A stretch of DNA of 64,000 nucleotides, taken from positions 18,383 to 82,382 of the forward strand of contig JBEKMZ010000007.1 in assembly GCA_049523315.1 (NCBI GenBank), given 5' to 3'. Source of the DNA: Acidimicrobiales bacterium (GTDB lineage: Bacteria; Actinomycetota; Acidimicrobiia; Acidimicrobiales; Bog-793). Numbering within the stretch: position 1 is the stretch's first letter; every line of letters begins with the position of its first letter. The notes beneath the pieces are model-generated. The model made no database searches. It saw only the letters and a program-made list of their open reading frames with translations, and was not told the origin of the DNA. Made by a program: the position numbers and the translations under genes. This document shows positions 1 through 10,005 of this stretch, one piece after another.

Positions 1-2
1 CG

Positions 3-689
3 ATCCTGCTCGAAGGATTCGTCCCCGGCCCGGAGGTGGCCGTGGAGGGCATGCTCAGCGCCGGGGAGCTGAGCGTGCTCGCGATATTCGACAAGCCCGA
101 CCCGCTCGACGGGCCGTATTTCGAGGAGACCCTTTACGTGACGCCTTCGAGGCTCGCCAAAGGTGACCTCGGCGCCGTCGAGGCGGCGACGCAGGCCGCC
201 ACGAGGGCGCTCGGGCTCACCGAGGGGCCCGTCCACGCCGAGCTGCGCGTGCGTGCGGGCCGGGCCTTCGTGATCGAGGTCGCCGCCCGCTCTATCGGCG
301 GGTTGTGCTCACGGACCTTGAAGTTCGGTACCGGCACGACACTCGAGCACCTCATCCTCGCTCACGCCCTCGGGCGCGACGCCAGGAGGATCAAGATGCC
401 GGGCGCGGCCGGGGTCCTGATGCTGCCGATCCGTGCCGCCGGCAGGCTCGTCGAGGTCAGCGGCCGAAAGGATGCCCTCGCCATAGCCGGGATCGCTGGC
501 CTCGAGATGACGATCGCCCCCGGCCGGCCCCTCGTGCCCCTCCCAGAGGGGAACCGCTATTTGGGCTTCGTGTTCGCCCGCGCCGAGAGCCCGGAGGAGG
601 TCGAGGCGGCGCTGCGGGCCGCGATGGCGACGCTGCGCGTCCGTGTGAGGCCGCTCCAGCCCCTCAGGCACCTGGCGGCCGGACGCTGA
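3..689 (+). CDS. ATP-grasp domain protein, C-terminal part (5' end outside window)
   Basis: The frame is open from the window edge to the stop at 689. [16 protein letters not shown]...[21 protein letters not shown]...GPVHAELRV resembles ATP-grasp ligases. Its 3' end overlaps hisF convergently by 26 nt. Confidence 0.6.
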   Translation: MLLEGFVPGPEVAVEGMLSAGELSVLAIFDKPDPLDGPYFEETLYVTPSRLAKGDLGAVEAATQAATRALGLTEGPVHAELRVRAGRAFVIEVAARSIGGLCSRTLKFGTGTTLEHLILAHALGRDARRIKMPGAAGVLMLPIRAAGRLVEVSGRKDALAIAGIAGLEMTIAPGRPLVPLPEGNRYLGFVFARAESPEEVEAALRAAMATLRVRVRPLQPLRHLAAGR

Positions 690-1434
690 CCCCGCCGGCG
701 GCGAGCTCTGTCTTCGCCTCGGCGATCGTGTGGCGGCCGTAGTGGAAGATCGAGGCGGCTAGCAGCCCGTCCGCGTGGCCGACGAGAGCGCCCTCGACGA
801 GGTGCTGGAGGCTCCCGACGCCACCGCTCGCGATCACGGGCACGCTTACCGCGTCGGCGACGCGCCGTGTCAGCTCGAGGTCGTAGCCGGCCTCGGTGCC
901 GTCACGGTCCATCGAGGTGAGGAGGATCTCGCCGGCGCCGAGCCGGGCAGATGTGACGGCCCAGCCGAGCGCGTCGATGCCGGTGCCACGCCTCCCGCCG
1001 TGGGTGAACACCTCCCAGCTGGCCCCCTCCTCTCTGCGGCGGGCGTCGATGGCGACGACGACGCACTGGGCGCCGAACTCGCCCGCGAGCTGTTCTATGA
1101 GCTCCGGTGCCGCCACTGCGGCGGAGTTCACTCCAACCTTGTCCGCCCCCGCCCTGAGCAGCGCCCGGGCGTCGGAGACCGAGCGCACGCCGCCGCCGAC
1201 GGTGAGGGGGATGAAGACCTCCTCTGCCGCCCGCTCCACGACCTGCAGCATCGTCGCGCGCCCGTCCGACGAGGCCGTGATGTCCAGCAGCACGAGCTCG
1301 TCGGCGCCCTCCGTGTCATAGCGCGCGGCCAGCTCCACGGGATCGCCGGCGTCGCGCAGCCCCTTGAACTCGATCCCCTTTACGACGCGGCCGCCCTCGA
1401 CGTCGAGGCAGGGGATCACCCTCACGGCCCGCAT
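664..1434 (-). CDS. hisF: imidazole glycerol phosphate synthase, cyclase subunit
   Basis: 256-aa ORF with [35 protein letters not shown] and ASGGVG motifs. The start overlaps the end of hisA. Confidence 0.95.
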   Translation of the reverse strand: MRAVRVIPCLDVEGGRVVKGIEFKGLRDAGDPVELAARYDTEGADELVLLDITASSDGRATMLQVVERAAEEVFIPLTVGGGVRSVSDARALLRAGADKVGVNSAAVAAPELIEQLAGEFGAQCVVVAIDARRREEGASWEVFTHGGRRGTGIDALGWAVTSARLGAGEILLTSMDRDGTEAGYDLELTRRVADAVSVPVIASGGVGSLQHLVEGALVGHADGLLAASIFHYGRHTIAEAKTELAAGGVSVRPPGA

Positions 1435-2183
1435 GCGGTCACCGCCTCGCGCATCGATAGCGAACCGGACAAAAGCGCCCGGCCGACGATGACGCCGTCC
1501 AGCCTCCGGCCACCGGCGGCGAGGCCGGAGAGGGCGGCGATGTCCGAGCCGGTAGCGACCCCGCCCGAGGCGATAACGCGGTGAGTGCTTGAGGCGAGCA
1601 CCTCTGTGAGCCCTGCCAGGTCTGGGCCGGATCCGGTCCCGTCACGGTCGATGTCGGTGACGACGACGCCGGCCAGCTCGAGGCCCTCCAGCCGCTCCAA
1701 AGCGGCCCCGAGATCCAGGTTCGCGTGTGCCACCCAGCCGCGCACCGCAACCTCGCGCCGGGGGGCGCCGTCGGGGCCGGCCGCCCTGCGGTGGTCGAGG
1801 CCGACGAGGACCCGGCCGGGCCAGCGCCGGACGACCCGGGCGAGCACTTCAGGCCTCTCCACGGCCACGGTGCCCACGACGACCCGGGCCACTCCGCCCT
1901 CCAGCAGCGCCGCGGCGGCGCTCTCGTCGCGCACACCGCCACCGGACTGGACGGGCACCCCGGCGCGAGTGGCGATGCGAAGGACGGTCTCGCGATTGGG
2001 CGAACCGCCGCCTCGCGCCGCGTCGAGGTCGACGACATGAAGGCGCTCGGCGCCGGCGGCTACCAACGCCTCGGCCTGCTCCAAGGGGTCGCCGTACTCG
2101 GTCTCGGAGGAGAACCGGCCCTGGAGAAGTCGAACGCATTTGCCGCCGCGGATGTCGATCGCGGGCCAGAGCTTCAAGCTCAC
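1422..2183 (-). CDS. hisA: ProFAR isomerase HisA (possibly PriA-type)
   Basis: The track ORF 1422..2417 was trimmed to the GTG at 2183, directly after the hisH stop (2185..2187). Motifs: [35 protein letters not shown]. Confidence 0.9.
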   Translation of the reverse strand: MSLKLWPAIDIRGGKCVRLLQGRFSSETEYGDPLEQAEALVAAGAERLHVVDLDAARGGGSPNRETVLRIATRAGVPVQSGGGVRDESAAAALLEGGVARVVVGTVAVERPEVLARVVRRWPGRVLVGLDHRRAAGPDGAPRREVAVRGWVAHANLDLGAALERLEGLELAGVVVTDIDRDGTGSGPDLAGLTEVLASSTHRVIASGGVATGSDIAALSGLAAGGRRLDGVIVGRALLSGSLSMREAVTACGP

Positions 2184-2184
2184 C

Positions 2185-2817
2185 TCAGCGGGCTGGAGCC
2201 GTCTCGCCACAGATGCGGGCGAAGCGCTCCAGCAGGGCCAGTCCGCCAGTGGCGGATTTCTCCGGGTGGAACTGGGTCCCGAACAGGTTGCCGCGCTCGA
2301 AGACGACGGCGATCTCGCCTCCGTAATCGCAGGTCCCCACCACGGCGGCTGTGTCATTGCCTTCTGGAGCCGGCGTGTAGGAGTGGACGAAGTAGTACCA
2401 CTCGCCCCCGCTCTCACCGAGCAGGCGCGAGCTCGTGCCCGGCGGCCGGCTCACGAGGTTCCACTGCATCTGCGGCCGGCGCTCTGTCTCGGCCAGCGCG
2501 CGGACCGACCCTTGCATGATCCCGAGCCCGGGCACCTCCGGGTCCTCCTCGGAGCCCTCGAAGAGCAATTGGAGGCCGACGCAGATCCCCAAGAAGGGGC
2601 GGCCTTCTCGCACCCATTGCCGGACCACCTCGTCGAGGGCCGAGTCGCGAAGAGCCCGTGCGCAAGCTCCGAAGGCGCCCACACCGGGAAGGACGACCCC
2701 TGTCGCCCCCATTGCCTCCTCCGGGCTGTCGATGAGGCGGGCGTCGGCGCCGACGTGCTGCAGGGCCTTCTCGGCCGAACGGAGATTGCCGATGCCGTAG
2801 TCGAGGACAGCTATCAC
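2185..2817 (-). CDS. hisH: imidazole glycerol phosphate synthase, glutaminase subunit
   Basis: Trimmed to the GTG at 2817. Motifs: VIAVLDYGIGNLRS, GVGAFG, ICVGLQLL (nucleophile Cys), GTQFHPEKS. Confidence 0.9.
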   Translation of the reverse strand: MIAVLDYGIGNLRSAEKALQHVGADARLIDSPEEAMGATGVVLPGVGAFGACARALRDSALDEVVRQWVREGRPFLGICVGLQLLFEGSEEDPEVPGLGIMQGSVRALAETERRPQMQWNLVSRPPGTSSRLLGESGGEWYYFVHSYTPAPEGNDTAAVVGTCDYGGEIAVVFERGNLFGTQFHPEKSATGGLALLERFARICGETAPAR

Positions 2818-2824
2818 CTGCGAC

Positions 2825-3448
2825 CTACAGCTGGCCCTTGGTCGAGGGGATGGCGCTGCCCTCGATCCGCACCGCGTCCCTGAGCGCCCGCGCGACACCC
2901 TTGAACGATGCCTCCAGCACGTGGTGGGGATTGCGGCCACGGCGAAGTTCTATGTGCAGACTGATCCCCGCCGCGTGCACGAACGCGCGCCAGAACTCCT
3001 CGGCAAGCTGGGCTTCGAAGGGCGGGTTGCCGAGCGGGGCGGTTTCGCCCAACTCCACCTCGTAGTAAAGGTAGGGCCGCCCGGACAGATCGAGGGCGAC
3101 ATCCACCAGCGCCTCGTCGAGCGGGAGCGATATCGATGCGAAGCGGCGCACGCCGGCCTTGGAGCCGAGCGCCTCGGCGAGGGCCTCGCCGAGCACGATG
3201 CCGGTGTCCTCGACCGTGTGGTGGGCGTCCACTTCGAGGTCACCGCGGGCTGTGATCTCGAGGTTCAATCCGCCGTGTTTTCCGAGCTGGGCCAGCATGT
3301 GGTCGAAGAACGGCAGCCCGGTCTCGACTGCGGCGCTTCCGGTCCCGTCGATCTCGATGCTGAGCGTGATCTCGGTCTCCTTGGTCGAACGCTTCCGTTC
3401 CGCACGGCGGTTGGCAGGGCCTTTGAGTTCCTCGGTGTTCATCGCCAT
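2825..3448 (-). CDS. hisB: imidazoleglycerol-phosphate dehydratase
   Basis: Trimmed to the ATG at 3448 (MAMNTEEL). Motifs: RSTKETEI, FFDHML, DAHHTVEDTGI, NPHHVLEASFKG. Confidence 0.9.
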   Translation of the reverse strand: MAMNTEELKGPANRRAERKRSTKETEITLSIEIDGTGSAAVETGLPFFDHMLAQLGKHGGLNLEITARGDLEVDAHHTVEDTGIVLGEALAEALGSKAGVRRFASISLPLDEALVDVALDLSGRPYLYYEVELGETAPLGNPPFEAQLAEEFWRAFVHAAGISLHIELRRGRNPHHVLEASFKGVARALRDAVRIEGSAIPSTKGQL

Positions 3449-3479
3449 CGGGGAAGCCTTGCACGTCTTGGCCGGGCGA

Positions 3480-4562
3480 TCATCGGCGCCCGCTCGGGGC
3501 CCGTACCGCCAAGGACATTCGACGGCGCGTCGGCGCGAGCGAGCCGGCGGCGAGCTGTCCGCATGCGGCCGAGATCGACCGCCCGCGGTTCTGGCGGATG
3601 GTGGCGTTGACACCGGCCTGCCGAAGGCGCGCCTGGAACGCGATCACGCCGGCAGCCTCCGTGCCGCTCAAGCCCCGCGACAGGCCCCCCGGTGTCGGGT
3701 TGAGAGGGATGAGGTTGACGTGTGCCCCAAGGGGTCGAGCAAGCCCGGCGAGCTCGAATGCGTCCGAGGCCCTGTCGTTGACACCGGCGATGCACGCCCA
3801 CTCGAAAGAGATCCTCCGCCCGGTGGCCGCCCGATACTCCTCACACGCCTGCACGATCCTCGAGAGCGGGTACTTGCGGTTGAGCGGGACCAACCGGTCC
3901 CGGAGGGCGTCGTTGGCCGCGTGCAGGGAGACGGCAAGGTTCACCTGCAGGGTCTTCCTCGCGAGCTCGCGGATGCCGGGCACGACACCTACCGTCGAGA
4001 TGGTGATGTGCCTCGCGCCGAGGCCGAGGTCACGATTCATCGTCTCCACGGCCGACCAGACGGCTGGGAAGTTGGCGAGGGGCTCGCCCATCCCCATGAG
4101 CACGACGTTGCCGAGCTGGCCCCATCCCTCTGAGCGGCAACGTCGGGCTGCGATGACGACTTGCTCGACGATCTCGCCCGCGCTGAGCTGGCGCCCGAAG
4201 CCCGCGTCGCCCGTGGCGCAGAACGTGCACGCCATCGCACAGCCGGCCTGGCTCGAGACGCACACGGTCGCCCGGTCCCGGTAGCGCATGAGGACGGTCT
4301 CGATCCGGCGCGAGTCGCTCGTCTCGAGCAGCCACTTCAAGGTGCTGCCCCTGTCGGCGACGCTCTCGGCGACACAGCTGAAGGCCGGCTGTAGCTCTGG
4401 CGCCACCTCGAGACGATGCCGCAGCGCCCGGGGGAGCTCGGTCAGCTCGCCCGGTGAAACGAGGCGCCCGTACAAGGCGTCGAAGACCTGGCCCACACGG
4501 TACGAAGGCTGGTCGGACAACAACGCCGCCAGCGCGTCGCGCCCAAGGTCGTAACGGCTCAC
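3480..4562 (-). CDS. rlmN: 23S rRNA/tRNA m2A methyltransferase, radical SAM
   Basis: 360 aa with the radical-SAM motif CAMACTFCATG and the C-terminal SAACGQL. The GTG start overlaps the mshD stop (GTGA). Confidence 0.9.
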   Translation of the reverse strand: MSRYDLGRDALAALLSDQPSYRVGQVFDALYGRLVSPGELTELPRALRHRLEVAPELQPAFSCVAESVADRGSTLKWLLETSDSRRIETVLMRYRDRATVCVSSQAGCAMACTFCATGDAGFGRQLSAGEIVEQVVIAARRCRSEGWGQLGNVVLMGMGEPLANFPAVWSAVETMNRDLGLGARHITISTVGVVPGIRELARKTLQVNLAVSLHAANDALRDRLVPLNRKYPLSRIVQACEEYRAATGRRISFEWACIAGVNDRASDAFELAGLARPLGAHVNLIPLNPTPGGLSRGLSGTEAAGVIAFQARLRQAGVNATIRQNRGRSISAACGQLAAGSLAPTRRRMSLAVRAPSGRR

Positions 4563-5518
4563 GCGCCCGGGCTCGCGTCACCCGGCGGCACATCGATCAC
4601 ATAGGCGCGATCGGTGTGGTCGTCCACGAAGCCGAGTGAGAAGTAGAGCTTGCGGGCGGCGTCGTTGTCGTGGTCGACATAGAGCATCCCCGTGCTCACG
4701 CCTCGCTCGCACAGCGAGGCCAGGCCTGCGAGCACGAGCTGGCGCCCGAGACCGTGGCCTTGAAAGTCGGGGTCGACCGCTATCACGTAGATCTCGCCGA
4801 GCTGCTGGGTGAGGCTCTCGTTCGCCTCGTCGTCCTCGGGCTCGTGCACCTTCGTCCAGCAAAAGCCCGCCAGGCGGCCGTCGCGCTCGTGCAACAGGAA
4901 CCCGCTCGGGTCGAACCAGGCCTGGCGCTCGCGCTCTTGGATTGTGGCGAGGTCCCAGGAGCCCTGTTCGGGATGACCGCGGAACGCACGGTTGTTCACC
5001 TCGAGCCATGCTGTCTCGTCCTCGCCGCGCCGGAAGGGCCGCACCGATATGACAGCGCTCTCGTTGGTGATCGGCAACGCCCGACGCATCTGCACGAGGT
5101 CGCGCCCGCGCCGCATGCCGACGGCCTCGGCGACGGCGTCATCTGTGGGACCGGGTTTGGGAACCCACAGGTGCACATGGCCGCCGCCCTGGGAGCGGAT
5201 CACCCCGAGGGCGGTGCCGAGCAGCTCGGTCTGCAGCTCGACGCCGGTGGCCGCGCGCCAACGCGGATGCACCACGTACTCGACTGCCCAGTTGGCACCG
5301 TTGCCGCGACTGATCTGCGCGTAGGCGATGACGCGCTCGCGCCCGGCCTCCCGGGCCACGAAGCCCGCGAAACCTTCACGGCCACCCTGGACGAGATCGA
5401 GCCACTGATGCTCACCAAGGGCGCGGTGGCCGTCCGCTGTGCTCGCGGCCTCTAACAAGGCCGAGATCGCAGCAATGTCGGCTTCTGCCATCCTGCGCTT
5501 GATCTCGACGTTGTGCAC
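4559..5518 (-). CDS. mshD: mycothiol synthase (tandem GNAT acetyltransferase)
   Basis: LEVNNRAFRGHPEQGSW, AWFDPSGF, GFCWTKVH and GEIYVIAVDPDFQGHGLG match the blocks I recall from M. tuberculosis MshD. The start may instead be the internal ATG near 5491. Confidence 0.85.
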   Translation of the reverse strand: MHNVEIKRRMAEADIAAISALLEAASTADGHRALGEHQWLDLVQGGREGFAGFVAREAGRERVIAYAQISRGNGANWAVEYVVHPRWRAATGVELQTELLGTALGVIRSQGGGHVHLWVPKPGPTDDAVAEAVGMRRGRDLVQMRRALPITNESAVISVRPFRRGEDETAWLEVNNRAFRGHPEQGSWDLATIQERERQAWFDPSGFLLHERDGRLAGFCWTKVHEPEDDEANESLTQQLGEIYVIAVDPDFQGHGLGRQLVLAGLASLCERGVSTGMLYVDHDNDAARKLYFSLGFVDDHTDRAYVIDVPPGDASPGA

Positions 5519-5579
5519 TTAGCGAACATACCGTCTGTTCACCACCTGATCGTCGCCAAGGCGTGGCTACGATCGACTG

Positions 5580-6266
5580 ATGCCCAGCGTGCCCCGCACC
5601 AGACGCGTTGATGCCCCCGTCCGCAGGCGTCCGCTCGTCCGGGCCCGCAAGATCTCCGAGCGCCTCGCCGCGAGCTATCCGGGGACTGCGACTGAGCTGT
5701 GCGCGCTGTTGCACCACAACCCTTTCGAGCTGCTCGTCGCGACGATCCTCTCAGCCCAGTGCACCGACGAGCGTGTCAACATGGTGATGCCGGCTCTGTT
5801 CGCGCGTTATCCGACGCCCGCCGATTTCGCCGCCGCGGACCGCGAAGAGCTCGAGAGCCTCATCCGCTCCACGGGCTTTTTCCGTTCGAAGGCCTCCCAC
5901 ATCATTGGTGCCGCGGAGGCGATCGTGCTGCGCCACTCGGGCGAGGTGCCCGACACGATGGAGGAGCTGACCGCGCTGCCCGGCGTGGGCCGCAAGACCG
6001 CAAACGTCGTGCTTTCCGTTGCCTTCGGGCTCCCGGGGCTTCCGGTCGACACCCACGTCATGCGCTTGAGCCATCGCCTCGCGCTGAGCGACTCGGCCGA
6101 CCCGGTCAAGATCGAGGAGGATCTCTGCGGCCTATTCCGCCCGAGCGAGTGGGGCGCGATGAGTCTGCGCCTCATCTTGCACGGCCGGAGGGTTTGTATC
6201 GCCCGGCGCCCCCGTTGCGAGGTCTGCGAGCTCGCCGATCTCTGTCCGTCGAGAGGCAAATTTTGA
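5580..6266 (+). CDS. nth: endonuclease III
   Basis: HhH-GPD motif LPGVGRKTANVVL, VDTHV, and the C-terminal Fe-S cluster CIARRPRCEVCELADLC. Confidence 0.9.
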   Translation: MPSVPRTRRVDAPVRRRPLVRARKISERLAASYPGTATELCALLHHNPFELLVATILSAQCTDERVNMVMPALFARYPTPADFAAADREELESLIRSTGFFRSKASHIIGAAEAIVLRHSGEVPDTMEELTALPGVGRKTANVVLSVAFGLPGLPVDTHVMRLSHRLALSDSADPVKIEEDLCGLFRPSEWGAMSLRLILHGRRVCIARRPRCEVCELADLCPSRGKF

Positions 6267-6413
6267 CGGTGCATGACTTCTCTGTGAGCCAGGTGACAGG
6301 TTCGTGACACGGGGGGTTTTGCTGCCACCGGCAGGCTAACTTCGCTTGTAGGAACCGGTTCCCGCCACCTGGTTCCAAAGAGCGGTCACGGGATCCGCCG
6401 CCCGATCCGCTCA

Positions 6414-6440
6414 CCGACGGCGCCCACGGGGCGCCGTCGG
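6414..6440. terminator. GC-rich hairpin between convergent genes (candidate bidirectional terminator)
   Basis: CCGACGGCGCCC-acg-GGGCGCCGTCGG forms an 11-12 bp perfect stem between the nth stop and the stop of the 6464..6718 ORF. There is no U-tract. Confidence 0.4.
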
Positions 6441-6463
6441 CGCGTCCGGGGAAGGTCGTCTCG

Positions 6464-6718
6464 TTATCGCCTGTTCGCGAGCATGCGCTCGAGTCGCCGC
6501 ACCGCCCCCATGAGCGCGCGCTCGACTGCGATCAGGTCCGCACCGACGTCATCGCGCTTGGCCGCGACAGCCGCGTCGGCGAGAGCCGTGACGCGACGTC
6601 CGATCTGATCGAGTGACGATGCGATCGAGGACAGCTCTGACAGTTCCGACGGGCCGGGGCCTTGCGATGCCATTGCGCCATCATCGCCGATCCGGGACCA
6701 AGACTGGGATCCGGTCAA
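6464..6718 (-). CDS. small hypothetical protein (helical, no family recognised)
   Basis: 84-aa ORF with G/C-rich third codon positions. The start is more likely the internal ATG (MASQGPG, about 6673). Confidence 0.4.
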   Translation of the reverse strand: MTGSQSWSRIGDDGAMASQGPGPSELSELSSIASSLDQIGRRVTALADAAVAAKRDDVGADLIAVERALMGAVRRLERMLANRR

Positions 6719-6738
6719 TCGCCGATTAACCTGCCTGC

Positions 6739-8040
6739 ATGCTCAGATCTCTCGACCTGCGTGCCAGCGCGCCCGGACCCCGCGGGGCCCTGCCACGACC
6801 GGACCTCGCCGGCGAAGGCCCCGTGGCCGAGGTCCGTGCCATCGTCGAAGGGGTGAGGTCGCGCGGAGACGCGGCGCTGCGCGAGTACACCTCACGTTTC
6901 GACAAGGTCGACATCGCCGAGATCCGAGTGCCGCTCGACGAGATCGAGTCGGCACCGGGCCGATTAGAGCCGGCACTCCTCGCCGCCTTGAAGGAGGCGG
7001 CCGAGTCCGTGGAGGCCTTCCACCGCCACCGCGCCCCGACGCCGCCCAGCTACGGGCGAAACGGAATCACGGTCGAGCTCTTGGAGCTTCCCGTCGCCCG
7101 CGCCGGGGTCTATGTGCCCGGTGGTCTCGCCCGTTACCCCTCGAGCGTGCTCATGATCGCCATACCGGCCCGCGTCGCGGGCGTGGAGGGCATCGCGATC
7201 TGCGTGCCGCCCGCACCGGACGGAACCATCCCGGACGAGGTGCTCGCGGCCGCGAGCCTGGCCGGGGTGGAGGAGGTCTACCGCATCGGCGGTGCACAGG
7301 CCATCGCCGCCCTCGCGTACGGAACCGAGACCGTCGAGCGCGTGGACGTGATCGTCGGCCCCGGTAACCGCTGGGTGTCGCTCGCCAAGCTCGAGGTACG
7401 AGGCGCCGTTGGCATGCCGTCTTCGTTCGCGGGGCCGTCCGAGGTCGTCGTGATCGCGGATGGGACCGTCCCGGTCGACTACGTCGCCATCGACCTCGTG
7501 GTCCAGGCCGAGCACGGCCCCGACGGGCTCGCGTGGCTGATCACGTGGTCCGAGGAGGTGCTCGACGAAGTGACCTCCGCCGTCGCTCGCTTCGTCTCGG
7601 AGTCCCCGCGCCAGGCCGAGATCGAGGCGACGCTCGCCACGGGCGGCTACGCGGTCCTCGTCGACGGGCCCGAAGAGGCAATGGCGGTCTCGAACGAGAT
7701 CGCCCCCGAGCATCTCGAGCTGTGCTGCGAGAATCCCCGGGCATTGCTGGCTCTCGTGCGCAACGCAGGCGCGGTCTTCCTCGGCCCGTACACGCCCGCC
7801 TCGCTCGGCGACTACATCGCCGGGCCGAGCCACACCCTGCCGACCTTCCGCTCCGCGCGCTATTCGAGCGTGCTCGGCGTCGAGGACTTTTTGCGCCGTG
7901 TGCACGTGATCTCCGCCGACCGCACCGCACTAGGTCGGGTTGCGCCGCACGTGGCGGCGATCGCGAGCTCAGAAGGGCTTTTCGCACATGCCCGATCGGT
8001 GGTGCTGCGCTCTCAGCCCGAGCAGGTGGACGGCACATGA
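6739..8040 (+). CDS. hisD: histidinol dehydrogenase
   Basis: 433 aa with YVPGG.A.YPSSVLM, GGAQAIAALAYGT, GPGN.WV, QAEHGPD and SLGDYIAGPSHTLPT. Confidence 0.95.
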   Translation: MLRSLDLRASAPGPRGALPRPDLAGEGPVAEVRAIVEGVRSRGDAALREYTSRFDKVDIAEIRVPLDEIESAPGRLEPALLAALKEAAESVEAFHRHRAPTPPSYGRNGITVELLELPVARAGVYVPGGLARYPSSVLMIAIPARVAGVEGIAICVPPAPDGTIPDEVLAAASLAGVEEVYRIGGAQAIAALAYGTETVERVDVIVGPGNRWVSLAKLEVRGAVGMPSSFAGPSEVVVIADGTVPVDYVAIDLVVQAEHGPDGLAWLITWSEEVLDEVTSAVARFVSESPRQAEIEATLATGGYAVLVDGPEEAMAVSNEIAPEHLELCCENPRALLALVRNAGAVFLGPYTPASLGDYIAGPSHTLPTFRSARYSSVLGVEDFLRRVHVISADRTALGRVAPHVAAIASSEGLFAHARSVVLRSQPEQVDGT

Positions 8041-9167
8041 ACCCATCGGCCGAGGGCGCCGCCCCGGGCGGCGAGGCGCGTCGGGAGGTGGCGCTTCGCG
8101 CCGGCTACCACTCGCCTCAGGTCGAAGTCGATGTCCGGCTCAATACCAACGAGTCGGCCGAGCCGCCGCCTGCGGCTTTCGTCGAGGCACTTGTAGATGA
8201 GCTGCGCGCGATCCCGATCAACCGCTACCCCGACCGCGAGGCGACGGCGTTGCGGTCCGCGCTCGCGAATCACCACGGTGTGCGCACCGAGCAGGTGTTC
8301 TGCGCCAACGGCTCGAACGAGGCGATCCAGTGCCTCCTGCTCGCCTACGGCGGGCCGGGGCGGCCGGTGATGGCGTTCGAGCCGACTTACGCCTTGCACT
8401 CCCACATCGCCAGGCTTACGGGGAGCCCCGTGGTCGAAGGGAGGCGGGACGAGGCGTTCAGGGTGGACCCGGCCGAGCTCGCCCGCACGGTTGGCGTCGC
8501 GGCCGGCCTGTACGGTGCCGCCGCCCCCGCTGTCACATTCCTCTGCTCGCCCAACAACCCGACCGGTGGGCTCGAAACGCCCGAGAGCATCGAGGCAGCG
8601 CTAGAACGCGTGCCCGGCATCGTCGCTGTCGACGAGGCCTACGGCCAGTTCGCCCCGTGGTCGGCGCTCGAGCTGGTCACCTCCGAGCCGCGCCTTGTCG
8701 TCCTGCGCACGTTCTCGAAGACCTGGGCAATGGCCGGGCTGCGCCTTGGCTATGCCATCGCCGACCCGGATGTCATCGCATCGATGTCGAACGTGGCCCT
8801 CCCCTACCACCTCGACGCGCTGAAGCAGGCGGCGGGTCGCGTGGCCCTTCGCTTCGGGGACGAGATGCGCGCCCGGGTGGCGGCGATTATCGAAGAACGC
8901 GGACGCGTCGCAGCCGACCTGTCGGAGCTCGGGCTCGAGGTGTGGCCCTCGGACTCCAACTTCATCCTGTTCCGCACCGGCTCCAAGGACGGCTCAGCGG
9001 TCTGGCAGGGCCTCTTGGAACACTCGGTGCTGATCCGCGACGTCTCGGGCTGGCCGGGCCTCGACGGGTGCCTGCGCGTCACCATCGGGACACCGTCGGA
9101 GAACGACCGCTTTCTCTCCGCTCTGCGCTCGGTCCTGTCGGATCAGCCGAAGCGTCCCTGGATGTAG
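8037..9167 (+). CDS. hisC: histidinol-phosphate aminotransferase
   Basis: The ATG at 8037 overlaps the hisD stop (ATGA). Motifs: [40 protein letters not shown] (PLP lysine). The upstream part of track ORF 7533..9167 lies inside hisD and was discarded. Confidence 0.9.
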   Translation: MNPSAEGAAPGGEARREVALRAGYHSPQVEVDVRLNTNESAEPPPAAFVEALVDELRAIPINRYPDREATALRSALANHHGVRTEQVFCANGSNEAIQCLLLAYGGPGRPVMAFEPTYALHSHIARLTGSPVVEGRRDEAFRVDPAELARTVGVAAGLYGAAAPAVTFLCSPNNPTGGLETPESIEAALERVPGIVAVDEAYGQFAPWSALELVTSEPRLVVLRTFSKTWAMAGLRLGYAIADPDVIASMSNVALPYHLDALKQAAGRVALRFGDEMRARVAAIIEERGRVAADLSELGLEVWPSDSNFILFRTGSKDGSAVWQGLLEHSVLIRDVSGWPGLDGCLRVTIGTPSENDRFLSALRSVLSDQPKRPWM

Positions 9168-10003
9168 TCCAAGGTCCTCTGGTCGTCAGGTTCGGAGAAG
9201 AGCTTGCCAGTCGGAGCCACCTCGATCTGCTCGCCCGCACGGTCGTCGCCCATCAAGAAGAACGCGCACAGGTCCGACACGCGGGCGGCCTGTTGCATGT
9301 TGTGAGTGACGATGATGATCGTGACGCGGCTTTTGAGCTCGCCTATTAGCTCTTCGATGAGCCGGGTCGAGATCGGGTCCAAAGATGAAGTCGGCTCGTC
9401 CATCAAGAGCACCTCTGGCTCGACGGCGAGAGCGCGGGCGATGCAGAGGCGCTGCTGCTCGCCGCCCGAGAGCGTCGAGGCGTGCGCCTTCATCCGGTCC
9501 GCCACCGAGTCCCACAAGGCGGCACCGATGAGGGCGGACTCGGCGGCTTCTTGGAGCACGGACTTCTTTCGTATGCCGTTGAAACGCAGGCCCGACACGA
9601 CGTTGTCGTAGATAGACATCGTGGGGAAAGGGTTCGGGCGCTGGAAGACCATGCCGACCCGGGTTCGCAGCAATGTCGCGGGGATCCCGCCCTTGTAGAC
9701 GTCTGTGTCGCCCAACATGAGCTTGCCGGAGACGACAGCGCCCTTGGTGAGGTCGTGCAGGCGGTTGATGGCACGAAGCAGCGTCGTCTTGCCCGAGCCG
9801 GAAGGACCGATGAGCGCGGTGACCTGGTTCCTCGGGACATCGAAGCTGGCGTCGCGGATCGCCGTGCGGCCATTGAACGACACGGCCACGTCCTCGAGCC
9901 GCATGCAGATCGGGCCCGAGCGCGGGTCGGCGGCCTGAACCCGTGCCGTCGTCGCTACGGGAGCCATTGTGATGTCGGGAGCCATTGTGATGCCTGGATC
10001 CAC
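9143..10003 (-). CDS. pstB: phosphate ABC transporter ATP-binding protein
   Basis: Walker [10 protein letters not shown], signature LSGGQQQRL, Walker B LLMDEPTS, and the PstB-type C-terminus. The start is ambiguous: GTG at 10003 or the ATGs inside the tandem repeat. Confidence 0.95.
   Translation of the reverse strand: MDPGITMAPDITMAPVATTARVQAADPRSGPICMRLEDVAVSFNGRTAIRDASFDVPRNQVTALIGPSGSGKTTLLRAINRLHDLTKGAVVSGKLMLGDTDVYKGGIPATLLRTRVGMVFQRPNPFPTMSIYDNVVSGLRFNGIRKKSVLQEAAESALIGAALWDSVADRMKAHASTLSGGEQQRLCIARALAVEPEVLLMDEPTSSLDPISTRLIEELIGELKSRVTIIIVTHNMQQAARVSDLCAFFLMGDDRAGEQIEVAPTGKLFSEPDDQRTLDYIQGRFG
9959..9994 (-). repeat. 18-nt tandem duplication at the pstB 5' end
   Basis: GGGAGCCATTGTGATGTC followed by GGGAGCCATTGTGATGCC (17/18 identical). 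It encodes [12 protein letters not shown], and each copy carries an ATG. Confidence 0.8.
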
Positions 10004-10005
10004 TA

